DNA from: Candidatus Aenigmatarchaeota archaeon
Lineage (GTDB): Archaea; Aenigmatarchaeota; Aenigmatarchaeia; QMZP01; JAFGSV01
Assembly: GCA_016934325.1 (NCBI GenBank)
Contig: JAFGSV010000028.1
Coordinates: 556-64,555 of the forward strand
Direction: 5' to 3'
DNA: 64,000 bases
A program made the translations under genes and the position numbers. Below are positions 57,242-64,000 of the stretch, piece by piece. The notes under the pieces are model-generated. The model was given only the letters and a program-made list of their open reading frames with translations. It was not told the origin of the DNA and searched no databases. How positions within the stretch are numbered: the stretch's first letter is position 1; each line of letters opens with the position of its first letter.

Positions 57242-57900
57242 TCCTCCCTCAGGGACTGCTTGACCTCGTTCGCATGCAAGTGGGCGAGCCTCGACGGCTC
57301 GGGGAGCCTGTGACCAGCCAGGCATCTCCGGGTTATCACGAGGCTCGATTCGATAGAGACTTTATTCCCGGGTGAAATATAAATGGGATTGCATCCCCGC
57401 CTGGTTAGCAGCACCCAGCCGATCTGCCTGCCGCCGGCTGTAAGCCTGGACGCCCTGCCGACCGCCTTGGGCTGCCTGAACCCGCCGAAGAGCCATGACT
57501 TGGCGATGCCAATTGTCGGCGCGTCGAGCAGGACCCCGAGATGCGACGCCAGCCCGATCCCCCTCGGATGGGCGATTCCCTGGCCGTCCACGAGAAGTAT
57601 GTCGGGCTCGTTCCGCAGCCTCTTCCACGCATGCAGTATGGGCGGAGCCTCCCTGAAGGAGAGGAACGTGGGTATGTAGGGGAATCCGGCCTTGGAAACG
57701 TGATGCGCCCGCTCGACTATGTACATGGAGTCCATGGAGCGGTACGAGCAGACCACGATGGCCGATATGACCCTGTCCCCTAAGAAGGCCTGGTCGGCTC
57801 CTGCCACTGTCATGATGGCCCCGAAGCGGTCTTCAAGAACAAGCTGCTTCGCTAACTCATGCTGCTCGTCTATGAGGCTATCCAGTTTCCTCCCGGACAT
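57238..57900 (-). CDS. nfi: Endonuclease V
   Basis: VAGADQ, FPYIPTFLSFREAP, LVDGQGIAHPRGIGLASHLG, IGIAKS, LPEP. Confidence 0.95.
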   Translation of the reverse strand: MSGRKLDSLIDEQHELAKQLVLEDRFGAIMTVAGADQAFLGDRVISAIVVCSYRSMDSMYIVERAHHVSKAGFPYIPTFLSFREAPPILHAWKRLRNEPDILLVDGQGIAHPRGIGLASHLGVLLDAPTIGIAKSWLFGGFRQPKAVGRASRLTAGGRQIGWVLLTRRGCNPIYISPGNKVSIESSLVITRRCLAGHRLPEPSRLAHLHANEVKQSLREE

Positions 57901-57917
57901 CAGAAAGAGGTGCGGCC

Positions 57918-58259
57918 CTAGTCTTCAACCGCGTTGGTGGTTGATACCTCGTCCATGGACGTTTTCCTTCCACCCCGGGACCCGGAGGTCGCCTCCTCCT
58001 CGACGGTGGGCGGCACTATGTGCTTGATCAGTATGACGTCGCCAATCGCTTGGACCATCGGGAACGGAATCACGACCCCTTTCTTGTCGCCCAGCATCTT
58101 GCTCAGGTACGACCCCTTCATGGCCCTTATCACAAGCGATCTCACCTTGAACCTCTTCAGGTCGCATTCTATGTCCTCGACCTTCCCGCAGAAGAACCCC
58201 TTGTCCGTGAAAACGTCCTTCGCGTACGTATCAGACACGCTTGATACCTGTATTGCCAT
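57918..58259 (-). CDS. PRC-barrel domain protein
   Basis: KDVFTDKGFFCGKVEDI...IPFPMVQAIGDVILI. Confidence 0.88.
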   Translation of the reverse strand: MAIQVSSVSDTYAKDVFTDKGFFCGKVEDIECDLKRFKVRSLVIRAMKGSYLSKMLGDKKGVVIPFPMVQAIGDVILIKHIVPPTVEEEATSGSRGGRKTSMDEVSTTNAVED

Positions 58260-58410
58260 AGAGCACCTCCAAATTAATCTGTCAGTGAATTCTTTATTGC
58301 TTTCAAGATATTTAAAACTTTGAGCCGGCAAAACCCAAAATTGGGCATACGACACGCTTATAAAGAGTGACTCCCAATAATCAACAAATTAAATAAAGGA
58401 GTTAGTTAAT

Positions 58411-58572
58411 ATGGCAGAAGACACGAAGGACAGGTTCGGAAGGGAGCTTCACAAGGCTACTTGCGCGGACTGCGGACAAGAGTGCGAAGTGCCGTTCAAG
58501 CCCAGTGGGGACAGGCCTGTCTATTGTAGAGATTGCTTTCAAAAGCACAGAAAACCTAGAAGAAGCTTCTAA
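58411..58572 (+). CDS. CxxC-x17-CxxC zinc-ribbon protein (53 aa; not in ORF track)
   Basis: MAEDTKDRFGRELHKATCADCGQECEVPFKPSGDRPVYCRDCFQKHRKPRRSF; AAGGAG upstream. Confidence 0.9.
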   Translation: MAEDTKDRFGRELHKATCADCGQECEVPFKPSGDRPVYCRDCFQKHRKPRRSF

Positions 58573-58742
58573 GCCGCCTTGCGTTCGGTGAGTTTTTTTC
58601 TGAGTTTCGGAGTTTCGTTTTGATAGCAGAAGTATTATTCGTTTTGAGTTTCATTTTGACTTTCCCGGGCGTAGCTATACCGAAATATTAAAGGTTTTAA
58701 AGCATCATAATAACAAAAAGGGTGTTTGATTGCGAAAAACGG

Positions 58743-58828
58743 GCTGGGATGGCCGAGCTAGGTTCAAGGCGCAAGGTTGCTAACCTTGTGAGGTTCGCCT
58801 CGCGTGGGTTCAAATCCCACTCCCAGCG
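58743..58828 (+). tRNA. tRNA-Ser(GCT)
   Basis: Acceptor GCTGGGA/TCCCAGC, anticodon loop TTGCTAA, long variable arm, TTCAAAT. Confidence 0.95.
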
Positions 58829-58862
58829 CTCCTTTTTATATATTTTTCAACGAATTTGAATC

Positions 58863-59888
58863 ATGGCCCTCACGAAAGCCGAGGAGAGGACGCTCGAATC
58901 GATCGTCGTACCCTCGGACGATGATCCCGACATGCCGGAGTTCCCGCCCGACGACCCGCACTGGCCCTCTACCCCCACGATTAAGATAAGCGTGCCCGGC
59001 TTCTCCCAGGTCTTCCTGAAGGACGAGAGCGTCAATCCCACGGGCACGCACAAGGACAGGATGGCCTGGGAGATGGTCGTCACTTACAGGCAGCTCCTCA
59101 TGGCCAAGAGGAGGGGGAGGATAAAGAAGCTCCCCCAGATGTCCATAATCACGTCGGGCTCGGCGGCCAACGCCATACAGAGCATGCTGAGAAAGTACGG
59201 GCTGCCGAACCTGAAGGCCCTCGTGGACCACAGGATGGACAGCGGGGTGAAGAAGGCCCTGCAAAGGATAGGCTGCGAGATATTCGAGACCGACCTCTCA
59301 AGGAAGGTGCTGCATAAGGACGATATACTGCGGCTCACCAACAACGAGGGGGGCATCGATATCACCTCGGACAAGTCCCTGCAGCCCTTCAATGTCTTCT
59401 ACGACTGGATGAGCTATGACATAATAAACCAGAACGCTAGCTATGTGTTCGTTCCCTATGGGACCGGCCATCTCTACGAGAACATCGTGAACACGGCCCT
59501 CAAGGAGGAAAAGGCCAGCTTCCATGACAGGAGGTTCAGGGGCGACCCTGACACGATAAGGCGCTGCAATTTCATGGGGGCGACCACGAACAACCCTAAC
59601 ACCAGGGCAGACAAGCTGTATTCCCCGTACCTGCCGTTCGTGCATTTCGACACGGGATGGATAAGGATGGCAATCGAGAACGGCTACATAGGGTCGAAAT
59701 CCAACGCGCTTGCGGTGCAGGAGAGGTATTTCGACATCGCTCTTGGGATCGCCAAGAAGAACGGCGTGGGCTGCGAGCCCAGCGGCATCGCGGGCCTCGC
59801 CCTGATGATTCAGATGAAGAGCCAGTTGCCGAGGAAAAGCAAGATGCTGATAGTGAACACGGGAAAGACGAAATACGCGGCCCCCTGA
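58863..59888 (+). CDS. PLP-dependent fold-type II enzyme (threonine synthase-like)
   Basis: LKDESVNPTGTHKDRMA, ITSGSAA, VPYGTG, EPSGIAG, VNTG. Confidence 0.85.
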   Translation: MALTKAEERTLESIVVPSDDDPDMPEFPPDDPHWPSTPTIKISVPGFSQVFLKDESVNPTGTHKDRMAWEMVVTYRQLLMAKRRGRIKKLPQMSIITSGSAANAIQSMLRKYGLPNLKALVDHRMDSGVKKALQRIGCEIFETDLSRKVLHKDDILRLTNNEGGIDITSDKSLQPFNVFYDWMSYDIINQNASYVFVPYGTGHLYENIVNTALKEEKASFHDRRFRGDPDTIRRCNFMGATTNNPNTRADKLYSPYLPFVHFDTGWIRMAIENGYIGSKSNALAVQERYFDIALGIAKKNGVGCEPSGIAGLALMIQMKSQLPRKSKMLIVNTGKTKYAAP

Positions 59889-59903
59889 AGCCCTTTCCTG
59901 CCC

Positions 59904-60770
59904 CTATTTCCCCGCGATGTACCTCGCGACCCTGTCGGCGATGTTGACCTCGGTTATCCTGCTTATCTTCAGGCCCGGGTTAATGTTCACCTCGAGGACC
60001 TTGGGCCTGCCGTCCACGACTATGTCGACCCCCGCGAACACGGCCCCGACGGCCTTGGTCGCCTTGAGAGCCAGCCTGCGCAGGCCTGCTTCCAGCTCCA
60101 CTTTCTCCCCCTTCCCGCCCCGGGACAGGTTGGACCTGAAGTCGCCGTTCCTGGCGGTGCGCTCCATCGCCGCTATGACCTCGTTCTCCAGGACTATGAC
60201 CCTGATGTCCTTCCCGCTGGTCTCTATGTACTCCTGGAAGTATATTATCTCGCCGAGGGCCCACAGCGCGTCTATGACGGATTCCGCCTCGTCGTTGGAG
60301 CATATCCTCATCACTCCCTTGCCATGGGATCCCGAGAGCAGCTTAATTATCACAGGCTTCTTCATCTTCCGTATCGACCTCATGGCGGCGCTCGGCGTCA
60401 GGGCCGCCCTCGTCTTGGGCGTGGGCACCCCGTGCCTCTGCAGGAACTGTATGGTGCTGAACTTGTTCCTGCATATCCTCGTCGCCTTGCTCGGGTTTAT
60501 CACGTCGAGCCCCATCTCCTCGAGATGCTCGGAGACCGTGAGCCTGAAATCGAGCAGCGAGGGCGGGCTTATGCATCCCCTGAAGAACACGGCATCAAGG
60601 TTGCTCAGCCTCAGCCTCGGATAGAAGACTTCCCATTTCTTCGGGAAGGCGGCCACCCGGAGATTGTATATGTCTATCATGTATGGTTGCGTGCGCTTCT
60701 TGAAGGCGTTGAAGAATATGTTGGCCGAAGCCAGGTTGACGTTGTTGGTTATAACGCCGACTCTTTTCAT
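59904..60770 (-). CDS. RimK/LysX-family ATP-grasp ligase
   Basis: CRNKF, IKLLSGSHGKGV, FQEYIE, DIRV, FRSNLSRGG, GVDI, EVNINPG. Confidence 0.92.
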   Translation of the reverse strand: MKRVGVITNNVNLASANIFFNAFKKRTQPYMIDIYNLRVAAFPKKWEVFYPRLRLSNLDAVFFRGCISPPSLLDFRLTVSEHLEEMGLDVINPSKATRICRNKFSTIQFLQRHGVPTPKTRAALTPSAAMRSIRKMKKPVIIKLLSGSHGKGVMRICSNDEAESVIDALWALGEIIYFQEYIETSGKDIRVIVLENEVIAAMERTARNGDFRSNLSRGGKGEKVELEAGLRRLALKATKAVGAVFAGVDIVVDGRPKVLEVNINPGLKISRITEVNIADRVARYIAGK

Positions 60771-60844
60771 GAGAATAGAATGTGCATCGGGTATTTAAGC
60801 TTATATAAATTTTAATATCTCTTGGAATCATTATAACTACCGAT

Positions 60845-60917
60845 GCGACCGTAGTCTAGCTTGGTAGGACACTGGCTTCCCAAGCCAGTAACCTGGGTTC
60901 AAATCCCGGCGGTCGCA
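60845..60917 (+). tRNA. tRNA-Gly(CCC)
   Basis: GCGACCG/CGGTCGC, loop TTCCCAA, TTCAAAT. Confidence 0.95.
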
Positions 60918-60961
60918 TTTTTTATTTTTATATTTTTGTTTTCCAATAGAACACGTATTGC

Positions 60962-61034
60962 GGGCCGGTAGTCTAGTGGTTATGACGCTGCCTTTACAAG
61001 GCAGAGGCCGCAAGTTCGAATCTTGCCCGGCCCA
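60962..61034 (+). tRNA. tRNA-Val(TAC)
   Basis: GGGCCGG/CCGGCCC, loop TTTACAA, TTCGAAT. Confidence 0.95.
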
Positions 61035-61052
61035 TTTTCAATTCTATATTTT

Positions 61053-61565
61053 TCAAAGGCTTATGCCGATCGCGCTCAAAGCTAGGTTGATTCCGTAGAA
61101 GCCGGCAAGGGCGAGAGCGATGTTCATCAGGGTCTTGCCTATGAAAGCCGCGAGCAGGAACCGCTTCACGTCGTAATTGAAAATGCCGCCGACTATCCCG
61201 GTTACGTCGTCCGGCAGGGGCGTGGCGGCGAATATCACTATGAACAGGAACCCCCTGCCCTCGCTGAACCATCGCTCGCCCCTCTTCAGCCATTTCATGT
61301 CCTTCCTCTTGAGGGCGGCGCCTCCCCCCTTCCCGAGGACGTATCCCGTTACCTCGCCTATAGCCATGCCAGCCCCCGAGACTATCCCGAGCAGGAACGG
61401 GTTGAGGAACGGGCTTGCAGCCAGGATGAAGAGGAACCCCGGGACGGGCAGGAATATGGTGGCGGTGCTGGCTATGCTCACGAGGAAAACCCCCGGATAG
61501 CCGAAATTCTCGATCATGTACCTGGACCATTCCAGGAACGCGTTCACGGCCGACGCCCAGTCCAT
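61053..61565 (-). CDS. VTT/DedA (SNARE-associated) membrane protein
   Basis: GYPGVFL, GEVTGYVLG, AATPLPDD, FIGK. Confidence 0.9.
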   Translation of the reverse strand: MDWASAVNAFLEWSRYMIENFGYPGVFLVSIASTATIFLPVPGFLFILAASPFLNPFLLGIVSGAGMAIGEVTGYVLGKGGGAALKRKDMKWLKRGERWFSEGRGFLFIVIFAATPLPDDVTGIVGGIFNYDVKRFLLAAFIGKTLMNIALALAGFYGINLALSAIGISL

Positions 61566-61631
61566 AAGAATTAATTATTTAAAGAAATTAAATAAAGCCT
61601 TGAAAGCAAAAAAATAATAAAACGACGGAAC

Positions 61632-61732
61632 GGGCCGGTAGATCAGCGGAAGATCGCCACCTTGGCATGGTGGAGGCCAGGGGTTCAAAGCGGGCTTGTG
61701 TGAGCAGCTTGGCGGAAATCCCCTCCGGTCCA
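61632..61732 (+). tRNA. tRNA-Ala(GGC) with 29-nt intron in the T-loop
   Basis: GGGCCGG/CCGGTCC with G3:U70; loop TTGGCAT; removing about 61690-61718 restores AGGGG TTCAAAT CCCCT. Confidence 0.9.
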
Positions 61733-61760
61733 TAAAAAATTCGATGTGTGGGGTGATCGC

Positions 61761-61934
61761 ATGGACGAGCAGAAGATAGCATTGATCGTGATAGGCATGA
61801 TGCTGCTCTCCGTGGCGGCCATTGTGATACAGGGAATCACCAAGGACTTCGGCCTCACCCTGCTCGCCGTGTTCAGCGTCACCATAACCTTCGCTGTTTT
61901 CTTCTTCGAGGAATGGTCCGGAGAGGGGGAATAG
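61761..61934 (+). CDS. Small 2-TM membrane protein
   Basis: GGGGTGA SD; two hydrophobic segments. Confidence 0.6.
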   Translation: MDEQKIALIVIGMMLLSVAAIVIQGITKDFGLTLLAVFSVTITFAVFFFEEWSGEGE

Positions 61935-61939
61935 GTCCA

Positions 61940-62668
61940 ATGCCCGAGATAGTGGTCTACGCCACTGACTTGCACGGCGAGATACACGCGTACGAGCGCC
62001 TCTTCGAGGTCGGTGCCGGCAAGAACGTCAAGGCTGTGATACTGGGCGGGGACATAACCCCCTTCCTGACCGCCGTGGGGGACATAGCCCTTTACCAGCG
62101 CGAGTTCCTCGAGTACTACTTCATACCCAAGATAAAGGACTTCAAGAAGAAGGCGGGGAAGGAGATCTTCGTGATGATGGGCAACGACGACCTGAGGATA
62201 AACGAGGACGTGCTGCAGAAGGCTGCCAAGAAGGGCATGTTCAAGCTCATCAACCAGCATGCGCACAAGCTGGGCAGCAAGTTCATCGCGGGCTATTCCT
62301 ACGTCAACGAGACGCCCTTCCTGCTCAAGGACTGGGAGAAGCCGGATGACAAGATGAAGAAGGACCTGAACGCCCTGGCGAAGAAGAGCGACCCGAAGAG
62401 GACCATATACTCGACCCACGCCCCTCCGCTGGGCACGGGCCTGGACGTCATCTTCAGCGGCACCCACGTCGGCAGCTCCGCCATCCGGGACTTCATACTG
62501 AAGCACCAGCCCTACCTCACGCTCCACGGCCACATACACGAGTCGTACCAGATGAGCGGTAACTGGAGGGAGGCGCTCGGCAAGACGATCTGCGTGAACC
62601 CGGGGAAGCACAACATCCTGGTCTTCGACCTGAACGACCTGAAGACCATGGAGATCACCGGCATCTGA
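61940..62668 (+). CDS. Metallophosphoesterase (calcineurin-like)
   Basis: TDLHG, GGDI, GNDD, THAPP, HGHIHE, NPG. Confidence 0.92.
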   Translation: MPEIVVYATDLHGEIHAYERLFEVGAGKNVKAVILGGDITPFLTAVGDIALYQREFLEYYFIPKIKDFKKKAGKEIFVMMGNDDLRINEDVLQKAAKKGMFKLINQHAHKLGSKFIAGYSYVNETPFLLKDWEKPDDKMKKDLNALAKKSDPKRTIYSTHAPPLGTGLDVIFSGTHVGSSAIRDFILKHQPYLTLHGHIHESYQMSGNWREALGKTICVNPGKHNILVFDLNDLKTMEITGI

Positions 62669-62677
62669 TGGTTTACG

Positions 62678-62923
62678 ATGGCTTTCGATACTCTGAACAG
62701 GCTGAAATGGACGGGGAAGCTCGGCGGGGCCGAAATAGTCATCAGGCACAGGGGGGCTCCACTTGAAAGGAGGGTCATCGCCGGCCCGAAGGTCACCCGG
62801 ATTAAAAGGAGCCACTTCTATTATGAAGATGGGGGCCGGGAAAGGTTCATCCCCTTGCACAGGGTGCTGCTGATAAGGCTGGAAGGAAAGACTATATGGA
62901 AGAGAAGTACAGGAAGAGGATGA
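62678..62923 (+). CDS. DUF504/MJ1316-like RNA-repair-associated small protein
   Basis: LNRLKW...HRGAP...FIPLHRV. Confidence 0.75.
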   Translation: MAFDTLNRLKWTGKLGGAEIVIRHRGAPLERRVIAGPKVTRIKRSHFYYEDGGRERFIPLHRVLLIRLEGKTIWKRSTGRG

Positions 62924-63387
62924 CGGAAGCCCTCGGCTACAAGAGGCAGGACAAGTCCCTGCAGACCTGGCGCAAGGTCAAGAGCGTCAGGAGTATCCTT
63001 AAGAACTATCTGATCATGGTCATCTGCCGCTATCTGCCCGACATTGAGCTGAAGAACAGGATATACAGGAAGACCGGCATGAGGATCGGGAGGAACGTGA
63101 GCATCTACGCCAGCAACCTCGACATCCTTTTCCCCGAGCTGATAGAGATAGGGGACAACACGGTCATAGGGAACACCACCGCCATACTCACCCACGAGTT
63201 CCTGTCCCATGGCAGCAGGAAGGGAAGGGTGAAGATCGGCAAGGACGTGACAATCGGGATCATGACGATCATACTTCCTGGAGTCGAGATAGGCGACGGC
63301 GCTGTGGTCTCCGCATATTCCCTGGTGAACAAGAGCGTCGAGCCCGGGGCGTTCGTCGGCGGGGTCCCGATCAAGAGGATAAGATAG
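62896..63387 (+). CDS. Hexapeptide-repeat acyltransferase
   Basis: GMRIG, IEIGDNTVIG, THE, ILPGVEIGDGAVV, GGVP. Confidence 0.9.
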   Translation: MEEKYRKRMTEALGYKRQDKSLQTWRKVKSVRSILKNYLIMVICRYLPDIELKNRIYRKTGMRIGRNVSIYASNLDILFPELIEIGDNTVIGNTTAILTHEFLSHGSRKGRVKIGKDVTIGIMTIILPGVEIGDGAVVSAYSLVNKSVEPGAFVGGVPIKRIR

Positions 63388-63448
63388 AGGGAAGCCTGCC
63401 ATAAAGAGCAGCACAGGATTCGGGAAAAAGAAGGTTCATCCGAGTTAG

Positions 63449-64000
63449 TCATGCAGAAGGGACACACTCTATCCTGACATTCCCTCCGGAATTCTCCGCA
63501 TTGAACTCGACCGGCAGGAACTGCTGGATCACCCACATGTTCGTCCTTGCGTGATTGGTGAGCGAGGGGGCGATGATACACGATCCCTTATTGGCAAGTG
63601 CCATGTAGGGCAGCATCTGGTCGCTGACGTGCACGTCGACCGTGGCGCCCGAATCGATAGTCCTCAACAGGGAATCCACCGCCTCTTCGGCCACGACCTC
63701 GGCGGGCTTTCCCATCTCCCCGAGGCCATCGGAGCCCAAGACGCACCCGTTCGCCGTTCTGGCGACCAGAATGACGCCCGATCCGGGGGAGCTGCTTTCG
63801 ACGTACCTTGTCTTCAGCGCGCAATCGTAGCCTCGCTGGCTCAGGGCCGACTCGATGGTCCGGGCCTGCCTCTCGGCGACCCTGGGCTTCTTCAGGCCCG
63901 AGCTCGCGACGGAGACCCCCTCGACGGAGATCACATCCCCGCGTTGCCGCAAGTCTATGGGATCGAGGCCCCTGCACGGCTCAATCATGACCTTCACCCT
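63449..64000 (-). CDS. rtcA: RNA 3'-terminal phosphate cyclase (5' part outside window)
   Basis: VAERQA, SPGSG, LGEMGKPAEVVA, VDVHVSDQ, TNHARTN. Confidence 0.92.
   Translation of the reverse strand, partial: RVKVMIEPCRGLDPIDLRQRGDVISVEGVSVASSGLKKPRVAERQARTIESALSQRGYDCALKTRYVESSSPGSGVILVARTANGCVLGSDGLGEMGKPAEVVAEEAVDSLLRTIDSGATVDVHVSDQMLPYMALANKGSCIIAPSLTNHARTNMWVIQQFLPVEFNAENSGGNVRIECVPSA

Noticed and set aside
61685-62860. 391-aa minus-strand ORF
   Set aside because: Antisense to the metallophosphoesterase and overlaps tRNA-Ala
1-64000. CRISPR array, rRNA, transposase/integrase, retron or DGR
   Set aside because: No repeat-spacer array, rRNA-like block, or RT/integrase/transposase motif was seen by eye

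Overview
Archaeal DNA, most likely a DPANN lineage and possibly Aenigmarchaeota-like. This is inferred from eL33/L35Ae, aIF5A, PINA, Trm1, TrmI, RtcA, TrmB, tRNAs without encoded CCA and giant N-glycosylated surface proteins. (1) 1-12056: one uninterrupted minus-strand ORF of more than 4018 codons encoding a secreted repeat-rich surface protein. The ORF track misses it because its stop lies outside the window. (2) About 12050-33300: a visibly AT-richer accessory block. It holds membrane proteins with prepilin-like [KR]GQ sites (one fused to a wHTH), a GT2/LAB_N/GT-C glycosylation trio, a LamG membrane protein, a two-component system flanked by Walker-A-less KaiC-like proteins, a homocitrate-synthase-like + 2 UbiA + V4R + aminotransferase cluster, and KaiC ATPases. 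(3) About 33300-64000: GC-rich, mostly housekeeping genes, four tRNAs (tRNA-Ala has a T-loop intron) and an uncharacterised gene cluster. Best leads: a degenerate tRNA-His cloverleaf inside an AbrB coding frame just upstream of hisS; a membrane-tethered HTH with a prepilin-peptidase-like site heading the giant surface-protein operon; and a possible prenylated-signal synthesis/sensing cluster linked to KaiC/two-component signalling. All calls come from manual motif reading; no database searches were run.
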